Program-made: the position numbers and the translations under genes
Part shown: piece after piece, positions 51,295-64,000 of the stretch
Position numbering within the stretch: position 1 is the stretch's first letter
Layout: each line of letters opens with the position of its first letter
Notes under the pieces: model-generated
Database searches by the model: none
The model's input: the letters and a program-made list of their open reading frames with translations, nothing else
What the model was told of the DNA's origin: nothing
From: Octopus vulgaris
Lineage: Eukaryota
DNA length: 64,000 nt
Direction of reading: 5' to 3'
Assembly: GCA_951406725.2 (NCBI GenBank)
Contig: OX597823.1
Span: 112,034,001-112,098,000 of the forward strand

Positions 51295-51590
51295 GTGTGA
51301 TCGTTACCAACATTGCCTTACTGGCATCTGTGCCGGTGACATGTGTAAAAGATTCGAGTGAGGTCGTTACCAGTACTGCCTGACTGGCCCCGTGCCGGTG
51401 GCACATAAAAGCACCCACTATACTCTCAGAGTGGTTGGCGTTAGGAAGGGTATCCAGCTGTAGAAACTCTGCCAGATCAAGATTGGAGCCAGGTGCAGCC
51501 ATCTGGTTTGCCAGCCCTCAGTCAAAATTGTCCAACCCATGCTAGCATGGAAAGCAGATGTTAAACGATGATGATGATGATGATGATGAT
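51295..51590 (+). mobile_element. RTE-tail SINE
   Basis: Homologous to 34976-35305; (GAT)n tail. Confidence 0.9.
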
Positions 51591-53139
51591 TAACATAATC
51601 TTTTCAACAAATCCCAGCATAGCTTTTACCTCAGCAAAGTCTGGTATAATTACAAGATCACAACCGAATTCTGAAGTTTCTGCTTCTTTAATCAAGAATT
51701 TATTGTGTATACCTTAATTCCATCAAAGACTTTCTCAAATTTGACCATAGAATATCAGACTACAAACTGATAAATGTAAATATAACAGTAATTTTGGGCA
51801 CTTAGATGTTTGATTTCTTCAAAACATAAGTTAAATGGTACCAGTGTGTTTTGAACTTTAAAAATCTTCAGTTGAAAATTGTCTTCCAAAAATTTTAGGG
51901 AATGAGATCACCTTCTCCCCATAGAAGTTATCTAAATGTATTTCTTTCTCTCTCACATACCAAATCAGTAATCTGCAAAAGACCACAACCAAAACACAGC
52001 AGCCTCCACTATTTCTTTGTTGCATTAACTTGAGATGCCAAGTACTTTGAAAAGCTCAGGGTATATACAGAGACATGATGGCAGAATATTCAAATTTGTC
52101 AGTAGTACCCCAGCATAACCTTGAATGGAAAGGCTAAGCTCGGGACAATATGCATGCATACATATGCAAACTAATACAAATATACATACATATTTATGCA
52201 TGCATGTATATCTATTAACCTATCTACTTGTCTATCTATTTTTCTTTCCCCCCTCTCACTCCTTCCCTTCATATAAATATTACACATATATGCATATACG
52301 ATTCTAGATCAAACAATTTATCTCATTTACATCCTATAATAAATGATATACATAACTGATATTTCAGGATAAAAATCCCTTGACATGCAGCTGTGAAATT
52401 ACTTAAATACAATTTACTCACACACAAACACGGACATGCATCATCTTCATAGCTAATATTTCGGTTCAAAACGCCCTAGACACAGCACACTGGAATTACT
52501 AAACTCCAGACATCCTTCTGATTCTGTTCTTTCATTTAATGCTATTGCATTGCCATTTTTACTGTCTTCATTCTGCACGCTTTTGTGATAATAAAATTCC
52601 TAAACATTTTATGAAGAGATTCTGTTTCTCGACTAGAAAACGAAGTCATACACTACCAACAATAAGTTTGTGAGGAAATCAGTTTAAGGCCCTTATTTCA
52701 CAATTGTTTGCTGAATGACGAGAACTAAGGCAGTAGTGTGACAAACTTAAAGAACAGAGAAATCAGAAGATGATTCTGAAATCCTACAGATTTGCAATTC
52801 TAAGACTTTAACACTACATTACCATCTGTACAGATAATTTATGGATAGTATGTGAAATATATTTTTTATACCAGACAGTATTTTTTTAATGCTAGACAGG
52901 CTTTATTTATATTTCGTTTTTGGATTTGGTTTGCAAGATTCTTTTAAAAATAAGAAATAAGTGGAAATTTTACCGGTGTTACATTATAAGGCACAAAAAG
53001 AAAATGACTCTCCCCAGAGGCTTTATTTAATTATGTGTGTATTTCTATATATATATATTCTTTACCATTCCATCTTTGATATAGCTCTCCTGTTTTTTAA
53101 AAACATTTTCATCTACTTTCACCACTTCCGCCTTTTAGT

Positions 53140-53342
53140 ATGTGACCTTGTCTGTATCACTAGCGATTTTTTTTTCCTCTATCTTCCCTTCTCTGGATCT
53201 TTCTTTCTCCTATGTTTCCAACGAAGAGCTCCACTCGAAACGTCAAACCCTCCTTCTTCCCTTCTTTCCTGAGCATCCAATAATACTTTATTTGTTCCAC
53301 ATACTTGCGTTGTTGTCTTTTTGTTTTCTTGTTTGGATTAAC
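53140..53342 (+). mobile_element. TA-associated hammerhead-like element, family A
   Basis: gtttccaacgaagagctccactcgaaacgtcaaac; 3' end followed by (TA)n. Confidence 0.87.
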
Positions 53343-53663
53343 TATATATATATATATATACACACATAAATAATTCAGTGGCAAACATCACCAGGCTTAC
53401 ACCTGCATAAATAAAATGTAGTTAAGGATAGATACCATACATAATGTGAAAAGCAGAAAATTATGTTTAACCTATTATAATTTTAATCATAATGAGAAGT
53501 TTCACATTTTAGGTGCTTTATTCTAAATATGAGTAATTTAACCAATTCTGAAACTTCCACTACATTGTAACAACCCATGGATATACCAATGTGTGTTTCC
53601 ATGTTTCTTAACCCAAAGAACTTGTCATAAAATGATAGTGGCTTCTTTGAAATTATTGTTATA

Positions 53664-53898
53664 TCTATTTCTTTGTTGCCCACAAGGGGCTAAACACAGA
53701 GGGGACAGACAAGGACAGACAAAGGGATTAAGTCAATTACATCAACTTCAGTGCGAAACTGGTACTTTATTTATCAACACCGAAAGGATGAAAGCCAAAG
53801 TCGACCTCGGCGGAATTTGAACTCAGAACATAACGACATATGAAATGCCACTAAGCATTTCGCCCGGCGCGCTAACGTGTCTGCCAGCTCGTTGCCTA
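53664..53898 (-). mobile_element. Meta-like SINE, full length
   Basis: Matches 38792-39024; aattattgtt(g/-)tatc-like duplication on both flanks. Confidence 0.9.
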
Positions 53899-54451
53899 AT
53901 TATTGTTGTATCAACATTAATGATGTTTTTCTAAACTCTAAAAGTTTCTGATTATTTAAGAATGCTTTGGTGGTATTCTACAATATTGAACCAGATAAAT
54001 CTGGATTTATTTTCGGTATTGTTCAATCACTTTATTAAGACATTATTATAAGTATGGGTTTTGTCTAATATTTACATGGAGTTTAATACACATTTATTGC
54101 CTTTCATTTCATTCATAGCATAGGTATAAGTTTGTATTTATGATCATTTAATGTTATGTAAGACTTGGATGGAGTGAGATAGTTTACATGGTTTTCTATA
54201 TTGATATTCACTCTATTTTCTCTTTAATAAGTTATCAGGAAATATGAGTTGAGCTTCTTTTTCCAACTCTTTCTGTTAAATTGTCTGCTAATAATTTTTT
54301 GTGCAAATATATACATATATATATATATATCAATAATATAAGGGTAAATGATTATTAATTTTAAAGTTAATAATTATTACCAAGTAGTTTCGGTATGGAA
54401 ATAGAACCATTATCAGTAGGAACTTTTACAAAAAGTTCTTTATATATGTAT

Positions 54452-54640
54452 ATGTGATCTCTTGAGCACCACCAGCTCAAATATTTTTTCCTCTGTCTTC
54501 CCTTCTTGGGATCTTTCCTTCTCCTTGTTTCCAACGAAGAGCTCCGCTCAAAACGTTAAACCCTCCTTCCCTTCTTTCCTGAGCATCAATAATACTTTAA
54601 TTGTTCCATGTCCTGCGTTGCTGTGTTTTCTTGTTTGGAT

Positions 54641-54644
<4 letters not shown>
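54452..54644 (+). mobile_element. TA-flanked hammerhead-like element, family A
   Basis: Homologous to 27400-27594. Confidence 0.85.
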
Positions 54645-54702
<58 letters not shown>

Positions 54703-55210
54703 CTAGCAGTATTGCCCGGCTTTGCAAAATGGTCACATTTAATTCAAAGCATTAAAAATGTTATGAAAACAATTGGTATATGTTCATAAAGTCCAGACGA
54801 TTCAAACGAAAAAACCCTCCAGGCTACATCTCGAAAATTCATTTCTTTGCCGAATTTCTACAATGTTTACGGCGATTCATTTTTATATCTTGATTTTTTT
54901 ATTTTTCATGCAATTTACGCATGCTTGCATGTGTGGTGAACAGAGTTCACGTCAAACAGCTGACTGAGTAAAGTTCACTATTCAATGCATGGGATAAGGC
55001 CTAAACAAACACATTATCGATTTTTGCACTTGCAAGATGAATTTCGGAACAGAAATAGCGCAGTTCAATTTTCATTCGCCTAAACTTTAAGTTACCCATT
55101 TTTGGTGGATCTACAATTTGTTGGCTAGGAGATGTGCCGGGAACTTAAACACACAGGCATACACACAAATACACACACAGACACACAAGTTGAGTTTTAT
55201 ATATATAAGA
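54703..55210 (-). mobile_element. Non-autonomous Helitron
   Basis: A|TCttatatatataaaac start and gccgggcaatactgCTAG|T end on the minus strand. Confidence 0.8.
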
Positions 55211-55214
55211 TATA

Positions 55215-55402
55215 TAAATAGGGTTAAGCAACAAGTTGCTTAGCCACATACCGAAAATTTAGAAATAGCAGTTAAAGACCGCTTATTCCTATTTACTACA
55301 AATATAGCTCCACATATAACATTTACTAGGAATAAACGGTCTTTGACGCTACCTCTAAATTTTTGGTATGTGTCTAAGTAACTTGTTGCTTAACCCTATT
55401 TA
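55215..55402. mobile_element. TA-flanked fold-back element
   Basis: aaatagggttaagcaacaagtt..ttattccta / taggaataa..aacttgttgcttaaccctattt inverted arms of ~75 bp. Confidence 0.8.
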
Positions 55403-55411
55403 TATATATAC

Positions 55412-55460
<49 letters not shown>

Positions 55461-55466
55461 CATATA

Positions 55467-55673
55467 TGTGACCGCGTGTGTACCATTGGCGATTTTTTTT
55501 CTCCGTCTTCCCTTCTTTGGCTCTTTCCTTTTCCTATGTTTCTGACAAAGAGCTTCACTCGAAACGTTAAACCCTCCTTCTTCCCTTCCTTCCTGAGCGT
55601 CTAATAATACTATATTTGTTCCACGTCCTCGCGTTGTTGTGCTTTCTCTTTGTGTTTTCATGTTTGGATTAAC
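55467..55673 (+). mobile_element. TA-flanked hammerhead-like element, family A
   Basis: gtttctgacaaagagcttcactcgaaacgttaaac. Confidence 0.88.
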
Positions 55674-56677
55674 TATATATACATATATATATATATATAA
55701 ACACATACACATACATATGTGTGTTTGTATATCTGTGTGTGTTTTTGTTTGTTTGTGTGTGTGTGTGTGTGGTAGCTGTTTCTAGTATATTGAACAATCA
55801 TGTGGGTATTCTTTCATTGACACATATTACGTTGTATTTAAATGGTAGATATAGAATGGTCACAACTAGAATACCCTTAGTCATAAGTCTGCTCAATCGG
55901 GCCTGGCCTAGTGAAAATAACATTGTCATTGATAACGAAGTATCAGGGATTCTGTTAAACATGCAATAGCTTCAAAAAACATTGAGTAAAGCAATTCTAA
56001 AAAGTCCTCTTTTACCAGAATATGGAAGTACTAAATACTCCTTTCTTAATAATATCCATGAACATTGCATACAAATGCACTAAATAGGCCTCTCTCGATA
56101 AATAAATAGCTTCTGAGCTGGTAAATGAAACCGTTGCATAGTAGATCATTTGAAATGCTGGAAGGAACTGTCTTAATTAAAGAAAAAGACATATTCATTA
56201 CTATAATCCTTGATAAAGTAAGCCTGAGAAAGAAAACCAGAATGGGGTAGTCATTGGAGGAACAACTTTTTCCCGAGTAGAGGTGAGTAGCCATGCAAGT
56301 CCCTCAGTAAGAATCTGTTCTGATCCACTTCCTCTCCCATAGTAATCCACTAGCATGAAACTGACCCCCATCACCTCTCCTCAGGGCTCATATTCCTGAA
56401 AACTGCATGATGACTTCACTAGTGCAGGTGGCACAAGAAAGAAACCTGGTATGCACTGTAAAGGGGTTGGCATTAGGAAGAGCATTCAGCTACAAAGACC
56501 AAACTAAAGCAGGCAGTGGAGCTGGATGCAGTCTTTAGACACATCAGTGTATATTAAATGAAATTTCTCACTCCCTGAATTGAGTACATCTTTTGTTCCT
56601 AGCTATAATTGAACAGTAAACTATAACTATACCTATATTTATCTATCAATCTGTCTGTCTGTCCATCCATTCATTTG

Positions 56678-56734
<57 letters not shown>

Positions 56735-57229
56735 TTATCAATTTATCTATTAAAAAAATATATATTTTCGTAGAAGACCCATCAATCCAAGTGATATCAT
56801 AGTTATGGCAGAAACTGGTGTTATGCAACTGGCACCAGTGCTGGTGGCACTTAAAAGCATCCAGTTACACTCTCAGAGTGGTTGGCATTAAGAAGAGTAT
56901 TCAGCCATAGAACCAGGCGAAATCAGACTGGAGTCTCGTGCAGTCTTTCAACTTACCAGCCCTAGTCAAACCATCCAATCTATGCCAGAATAGACAACAG
57001 ATGTTAAATGATGATGATGATAGATAGACAAACAGATAGACAAACAAACAAATTGATAGATAGATCGATAGATAGATAGATGGACAGACAGATAGACAAA
57101 CAAATAGATAGATAGATAGATAGACAGATAGACAAACAGATAGATAGATTGATAGAGTATGCATCTCTTTATTTGGACTTAAATCGTCATTTTTCCAACA
57201 AATTGAAACTGATACCGAGCAATACTCAC

Positions 57230-57312
57230 CAAATTATCGACAAGTGCAGCAACCAGACCACCCACTGCAGCACCCAGACTTCACCACAAAGTTTTAGATT
57301 AATGCCATTCAT
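57230..57312 (-). CDS. Candidate first coding exon with signal-peptide-like sequence MNGINLKLCGEVWVLQWVVWLLHLSII
   Basis: aatATG at 57312, hydrophobic stretch, strong donor TG|GTGAGT at 57229; unique sequence among repeats; no homology recognised. Confidence 0.33.
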
Positions 57313-57929
57313 ATTTAAGAGTAATGCGCACTGGGAATTGGTGTGGGCGTTTGCACACTACTCAAAGAGCAGTTAACTTGTCACTGGAACCATAATTTTC
57401 AATTCCACTTCAATTAGAATCTTGTCGTAATTTCATTTTCTGTTGTACAATTATTGTTTTGGTTATTGTTTTTGTTTTGAGTTCGTCTTTTATCGGAATT
57501 GAAATAAACACATTCTCCTCTCCCTTGCATCCCTCGTGGGAGGCCAATAATCTCTATTACACATGTTAGTCATAGTCAACTCTGTTGTCAACTGAAATTT
57601 GAGTCGGGAGGTGTGGTGGATGTGGAGATATGTATGCCTACACATGTGTGTTTGTGTGTGTATACATATGTATATGTATGTGTATATGTATATATGTATG
57701 TATATATATATGTATATGTATATATGTATGTATATCTATATATGTATGTATATGTATATATATATATATATATATATGTGTTTATGTATATATATGTATA
57801 TATATATATCTATATCTGTATGTATATATAGATATATATATGTGTGTGTGTATGTATACATATATGTATGTATATATATGTATATATATATATATATATG
57901 TATGCATATATATGTATGTACATACATAT

Positions 57930-57988
<59 letters not shown>

Positions 57989-58968
57989 CATTTATGCATA
58001 CAGATGTGTGCACCACTCATGCATATGTATTTATATATATTTATACAGTTCCAAAATATGCACACATATAGAGATAAAAACAGTCATAAATATATATTTA
58101 AATATATACATATATATTTATAATGCATTTTACACACACACACACACACACATACAACCACGCTTGTATATGCACACGTTTCACATCAAAGTTAGTCACC
58201 AGATCACTTGATGTCAGCTGATGTTTTACATGAGAGGCACACAGCATTAGAGAGAAAGAGAGTGAGAAAGAGAGAGAGAGAGTGAGTGAGTGAGAAAGGG
58301 AGAGGGAGAGAGTAACAAGGAGTTGGAGAATGAGAGTGTTTTGGGAGAAAAAGAAAAAAGATAGGGATGTATGCTATTATTATTATTATTATTATTATTT
58401 TCTTTTTAAATTACAAAAAGAAAAACGTTAATAATAAAACAAGCAAGCCCCTCAAAAAAGTTATAGAAAGAGACAAATTGTATAAAACAGAGCGAACACG
58501 ATATGTTTCCTTTATCAATATTGACCTCATATATCATCTATTTAAATATCAAATATATATGTGTGTGTGTGTGTGTGTTTGTATTCCTGTTCTTCTCTAG
58601 ATTTTATATGCCCTTTCTGTTTTGTGGAGCCATTTTGACATTCTTTAATTCTCAATGATCACTTGAAGAGCAATAAAATAACAAACAGCAAACAATATTT
58701 TGAATCACTTAAAGCGATTTTACAATTCATTTCAATCATTTGTGTCAGAAGATTTGTTTACTTAATTCACTTTTATTTTATTACATATTTTTTTTATTCT
58801 TTTATTACATATTTTATTTCAGTTTTGTTTTTCTCGTTTTATTGCATTTTCTTACATTTTGTTTATTTGCTGCACAAACTCAATTACACTTAGGATTGCA
58901 TATTTGAAAAAAAAATATTGAAAAATATCAAAAATTATTGAAAACAATAAAAGCCATAGCAATAATTC

Positions 58969-59010
<42 letters not shown>

Positions 59011-59172
59011 TATAATAATAATAATAATAATAATAATGATAATAATGATAATAAAAATGATTCTTTATTAGCAACAAAGACCCATAAGTGAAATTCACAA
59101 CAGAGGAGTTACAAAAAATATGGGGCTATCTCTATGTATGTATGTATGTATGTATGTATGTATGTATGTATG

Positions 59173-59206
<34 letters not shown>

Positions 59207-59454
59207 CCTATATATATATATATACATATATGTATGTATCTATGTTTGCCTTGTACATATATGTATATATATATATATATTGCTAGAAATAAGAGCTAAA
59301 AGGCTCCAATGCTGTAGTTAACACACATGAATGAAAAATACTGCCCAAGAATTCTTAAGACTGATACATCAGTTTCTGCAGTTTCCATTGCCATCATCAG
59401 ATAAGCCAGCTCAGTGTTCAGCTATTTCTAGTTTGCTTCTCTGTTAGCATATAT

Positions 59455-59800
59455 GTTCTCCGCCGTCCCAACTGGCCTCGTGCCGGTGGCACATAAAAAG
59501 CACCATCCATTCGTGTCCGTTGCCAGCCTCACCTGGCCCTCGTGCCGGTGGCACATAAAAAGCACCATCCGTTCGTGGCTGTTTGCCAGCTCTGTCTGGC
59601 ACCTGTGCGGGTGGCACGTAAAAAGCACCCACTACACTCACGGAGTGGTTGGCGTTAGGAAGGGCATCCAGCCGTAGAAACACTGCCAGATTTGACTGGG
59701 CCTGATGAAGCCCTCTGGCTTCCCAGACCCCAGTAGAACCGTCCAATCCATGCTAGCATGGAAAACGGACGCTAAACAATGATGATGATGATGATGATGA
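59455..59800 (+). mobile_element. RTE-tail SINE with internal tandem units
   Basis: Three gtgc(c)ggtggcac(a/g)taaaaagcacc units, then the conserved 3' end and (GAT)n. Confidence 0.9.
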
Positions 59801-59980
59801 TCACCCAAATTAATGGATGATTTAGCGATTGACTAATGTACAAAGACAAAATTAATGTAAACAGCAGGTTACAATGTTTCACCAAAAAGGAGAATTGTAA
59901 TTTAACATCCTAGTCATATTGAGTCACAATTATAATTCTCCTTTTAGTGAATTATAATTGTTTACATTAATAATTATATA

Positions 59981-60143
59981 TAGGGCCAAGAGTGGCTGTG
60001 TAGTAAGTAGCTTGCTTACCAACCACATGGTCCTTAGTTCAGTCCCATTTGTGGCACCTTGGGCAAGTGTCTTCTACTATTGTCTCCAGCTGACAAAAGC
60101 CTTGTGAGTGGATTTGGTAGGCAGAAACTGAAAGAAGACCATC

Positions 60144-60204
<61 letters not shown>

Positions 60205-60207
60205 ATA

Positions 60208-60261
<54 letters not shown>

Positions 60262-60520
60262 TATATATATGTATGTATGTATATATGCGCATGTGTGTGA
60301 GTGTATTTGTGCCTCTGTGATTCTCCCCACACAATCGCTTGACAACCAATGTTGGTGTGTTTACATCCCCCATAACTTAGCGGTTCAGCAAAAGCGACCA
60401 AAAGAATAAGTGCTAGGCTTACAAAGAATAAGTCCTGGGGTCAAATTGCTCGACTAAAGGCGGTGCTCTAGCATGGCCACAGTCAAATGACTGAAACAAA
60501 TAAAAGAATAAAAGAATAAA
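59981..60520 (+). mobile_element. CORE-like SINE with expanded internal (TA)n
   Basis: Matches 18694-19107 at both ends. Confidence 0.9.
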
Positions 60521-60731
60521 AGGATGCCGGTCCATTGCAGGTGAGCTGCAAGATGCAGGAGGAAAGAGTGAGAGAAAGTTGTGGCAAAAGAGTCAGCAGA
60601 AGTTCACCATTACTTTTTACCGGAGCCGCGTGAAGCTTAGGTGTTTCGCTTATAAATACACACATCGCCCAGTCTGAGATTCAAACCCGCGATCCCTCAA
60701 CTGGGAGTCCGCTGCTCTAACCACTAGGCTA

Positions 60732-60733
<2 letters not shown>
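60521..60733 (-). mobile_element. tRNA-derived SINE of a further family
   Basis: Minus strand tagcctagtggttagagcagcggac..gggtttgaatctc A/B boxes. Confidence 0.75.
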
Positions 60734-60791
<58 letters not shown>

Positions 60792-61917
60792 TGTGCATGT
60801 TGTGAAAAGTCGCACATTCTCAGGCTGTCAATTTCCCAATATTCAATAGTCATGTTACATATTTTTAAGCGTTACTAATATTTTCATTACCGTTGTTAAT
60901 GTTATTTATTATTGTCTCAAAAAACAAAAACAACATCATCAACATTATTATCATCAGAGATAGCAGCAGCAGCAGCAGCAGCTGTAGTAGAAGTAGTAGT
61001 AGTAGTCATGACGTGTTCTCAATTTCTGTACTTCAACTTCTTTTCCATTCTAGTAGAACATAATTATGGTTAAACTTCAAGAAGAATCAACTCAACTACA
61101 CAACAAACCACCCGATCAACCAGCCAACAAGCCAGCCAACCAACCAGCCAGCCAGCCAGCCAACCCACCAAATAACCGACCCACTGAACACCAAGCCACC
61201 ATCCACCCCCGTCACTCATCCACCCATGTACTGTTGTTGCACTGCATTAGATTGGAGTGTTTGTAGAAATAGCCTTGTTCAAGCACAGACAATATTGGAG
61301 TGGCAGACAGGCAGAAAGGCAGACAGGAAGGACCAGGTGGGGGTGGGGGTGCGGTGCTTGGTGCATGGGGGTGCGGATGAGGTGGGGATGGGGGTGGAGG
61401 AGGGAGAGAGACAGAGAGAGAGAAGAGGGAGGCATCGGCGTAGGACAAGGAGGATGTGAAGGAAAAGAATTGAGCAAGTTCCGTTTCTTGCAGAAGTGGA
61501 TTCAGGCAAAGCGATGGGTGGGTGGTGTAGTGGGGGTGGGATGGGGGTGGGGGATTGATTCAACAGCAAAACATACAGTATAGGAATCAATAATAACAAT
61601 GACGATGATGATGATGACGATGATGACGATGACAACGAAGGGGATGATGAGGATGATGACAAAGATGATTATGATGATGATGATGAAAATTCTCAAAAAA
61701 AAAAAAAAACTAAAACAAAAACTATATCAATATAAATAACAAACTGTTGTGCTTTTCGTAAGCAGGAGAGTTACTATCAGTGGAGTACTTTTTACTTTTA
61801 TATTGATTTTTGTTTATTTATTTATACTTAATTTGTATATGTATATGTAAATACATACATATACATATATGTACATACATTCAGTCACATATATATGTAT
61901 GTATATATATATATATA

Positions 61918-61968
<51 letters not shown>

Positions 61969-62023
61969 ATATATGTGTATGTATATATGTATATATATGT
62001 ATATATATATATATGTATGTATA

Positions 62024-62066
<43 letters not shown>

Positions 62067-62749
62067 GTACATGTTATTTTCGTTCTGTTTCATCATGGGA
62101 TTTCTTTTAAACATAGTTTGTTATGTTCATAGAAACCAGAAACTTAATTGTTCTTCCACAGAAGCATTAAATATAATTAACAAAAATAAAGGAACAATAA
62201 AATATTCTACCATAACAAAATAGAAAAAACAACAACAAAAATACAACTAAAAGAATGAGAAGCACTAAGAAAAAAAATAAGCATAAAATTTCGTACAAAT
62301 ACCAAAAGATCCAAAAGCAAATTTGATGCCAATTTGATGGCAGCCATTTTGGATTTTCTTCCCAGAAATGTATGTGTGTACATAAGTGTGTATGAGTATG
62401 CATACATGCATGTATATGTATTTGTGCTTATGTATGTATGTGTCTGTGAATGTACGTATATATTGTATATACGTGTGCTTGTGTGGGTGTTTGTGTGTAT
62501 CTTCATGTGAGTGTATATGTATTTTTGTGTTTGTGTATATATATACATATATACATATATGTATACATACATATATACATATAAACATATATATATATAT
62601 ATGTATATGTAAATGTGTGTGTGTGTCTATGTATATATATATGAACACATACATACACAACTTTTTTAATCATATTTCATGCTATTTTATGTTTTTTGAT
62701 TGTTTTTACCAATTTCCAATATATTTTTCTCCACGAAAGAAAATTTTAT

Positions 62750-62755
62750 AATAAC

Positions 62756-62798
<43 letters not shown>

Positions 62799-62801
62799 GT
62801 A

Positions 62802-62864
<63 letters not shown>

Positions 62865-62899
62865 GTAATAATAATGATAATAATAATAATAATAATAAT

Positions 62900-62940
<41 letters not shown>
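62750..62940. repeat. (ATA)n microsatellite
   Basis: Directly visible. Confidence 0.97.
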
Positions 62941-62941
<1 letters not shown>

Positions 62942-64000
62942 TAAAGATAAGAATAACAAAACTAAAACTGAAGTAAGAAGTAGTGGAGGGAATTCAGACA
63001 AGAAAACTTCGTAAAAGAGAAAAGGACACCAAATAGATGCCACATAAAACAAAAGGGGAGAAAAAAAAACCCTAAAAAAATCACCAAATAGAAAAGTAAG
63101 CAAATATTAAGAACAAAAACAGCATCATTGGAGTATGAAGAACAGAAACAATAACAACACACACACAAAAAAAAAAAAAATATTGTAAACAACAATAACA
63201 ATACAGAACAATACACAAACAAACAAGAAAACATTTTTGACTTCTGCACTTCATCAATCATCCAGAGAAAAATGGTATTGAATAACTACAGAGAAATATC
63301 AACAGATGTAGAATCCCAAATATAACACCACTCCTATATATATAACCCATATATATGTATGTATGTATGTATATATATATATAGGTTTTATTTTTATATA
63401 TAATATATATAGAGATTATATGCATACCATACATATATGTATACACACACACCAAAAACACACACACCACAAACACACACACACATTAATATATGCCTAT
63501 ACATACAATACATGCATGTACATATATTTGTGTGTGTATGTACAAATATATATATATACACACACACACATATAAATATAAATATATACATATATATATA
63601 TACATACACACACACACACATATATATGTCCATAGAGATAGATAGATAGATAGGTATAGATATAGATATGTGTGTGTATGCAGTATGTGAATATATGTAT
63701 ATATATGTATGTGTATGTGTACTTGTGTGTGTGTGTGCATGTAAGTATGTACATATACATGCATGCATGTATACAATTATATATTTTCTTATATTTTCTT
63801 ACTTTCTGATTTCAGTCATTGAACTGCAGCTAAGTTGGGACCCTGCTTTGAAAGGTTTAGTTGATCAAGTCAGCCCCAATGCTTATTTCTTCAGTGTGGT
63901 CCCTACTCAATTCATTTCTTTTTTCCAAACTGCTATTTTACAGGCATGTAAACCAATGTATACAGGTTGTCATATTGTGAGAGTCAAACATAATCACAGA

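Larger units (their letters stand above)
49240..52130 (-). pseudogene. Possible highly decayed L1/Tx1-like LINE remnant, interrupted by a triplet expansion and a SINE
   Basis: Only weak RT-like patches (NY..TL..EVK near 51640; KHFRKISG near 51120); many stops. Confidence 0.3.

Overview
AT-rich eukaryotic non-coding DNA saturated with microsatellites. The SINE repertoire and (TA)/(CA)/(TAGA)/(ATC) density point to a coleoid cephalopod, most likely Octopus (inference). I find no intact host gene; nearly all ORFs in the track are artefacts of simple repeats. Supported content: (i) many copies of four short-retroposon families (CORE-like, Meta-like and V-like tRNA-headed SINEs, plus an RTE-tail family ending in (GAT)n), several nested with target-site duplications; (ii) decayed autonomous elements (three Penelope-like remnants, two RTE endonuclease remnants, two R4/Dong remnants, three Tc1/mariner remnants); (iii) non-autonomous Helitrons, a piggyBac-type MITE and a hAT-type MITE; (iv) the main highlight, several families of 150-750 bp non-coding elements sitting in (TA)n tracts that carry minimal hammerhead-ribozyme-like motifs and/or Penelope-style inverted-plus-tandem termini, i.e. 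candidate non-autonomous Penelope-dependent, retrozyme-like elements with variant catalytic cores. A few weak exon candidates are listed at low confidence. Coordinates were read by eye and may be off by a few bases.
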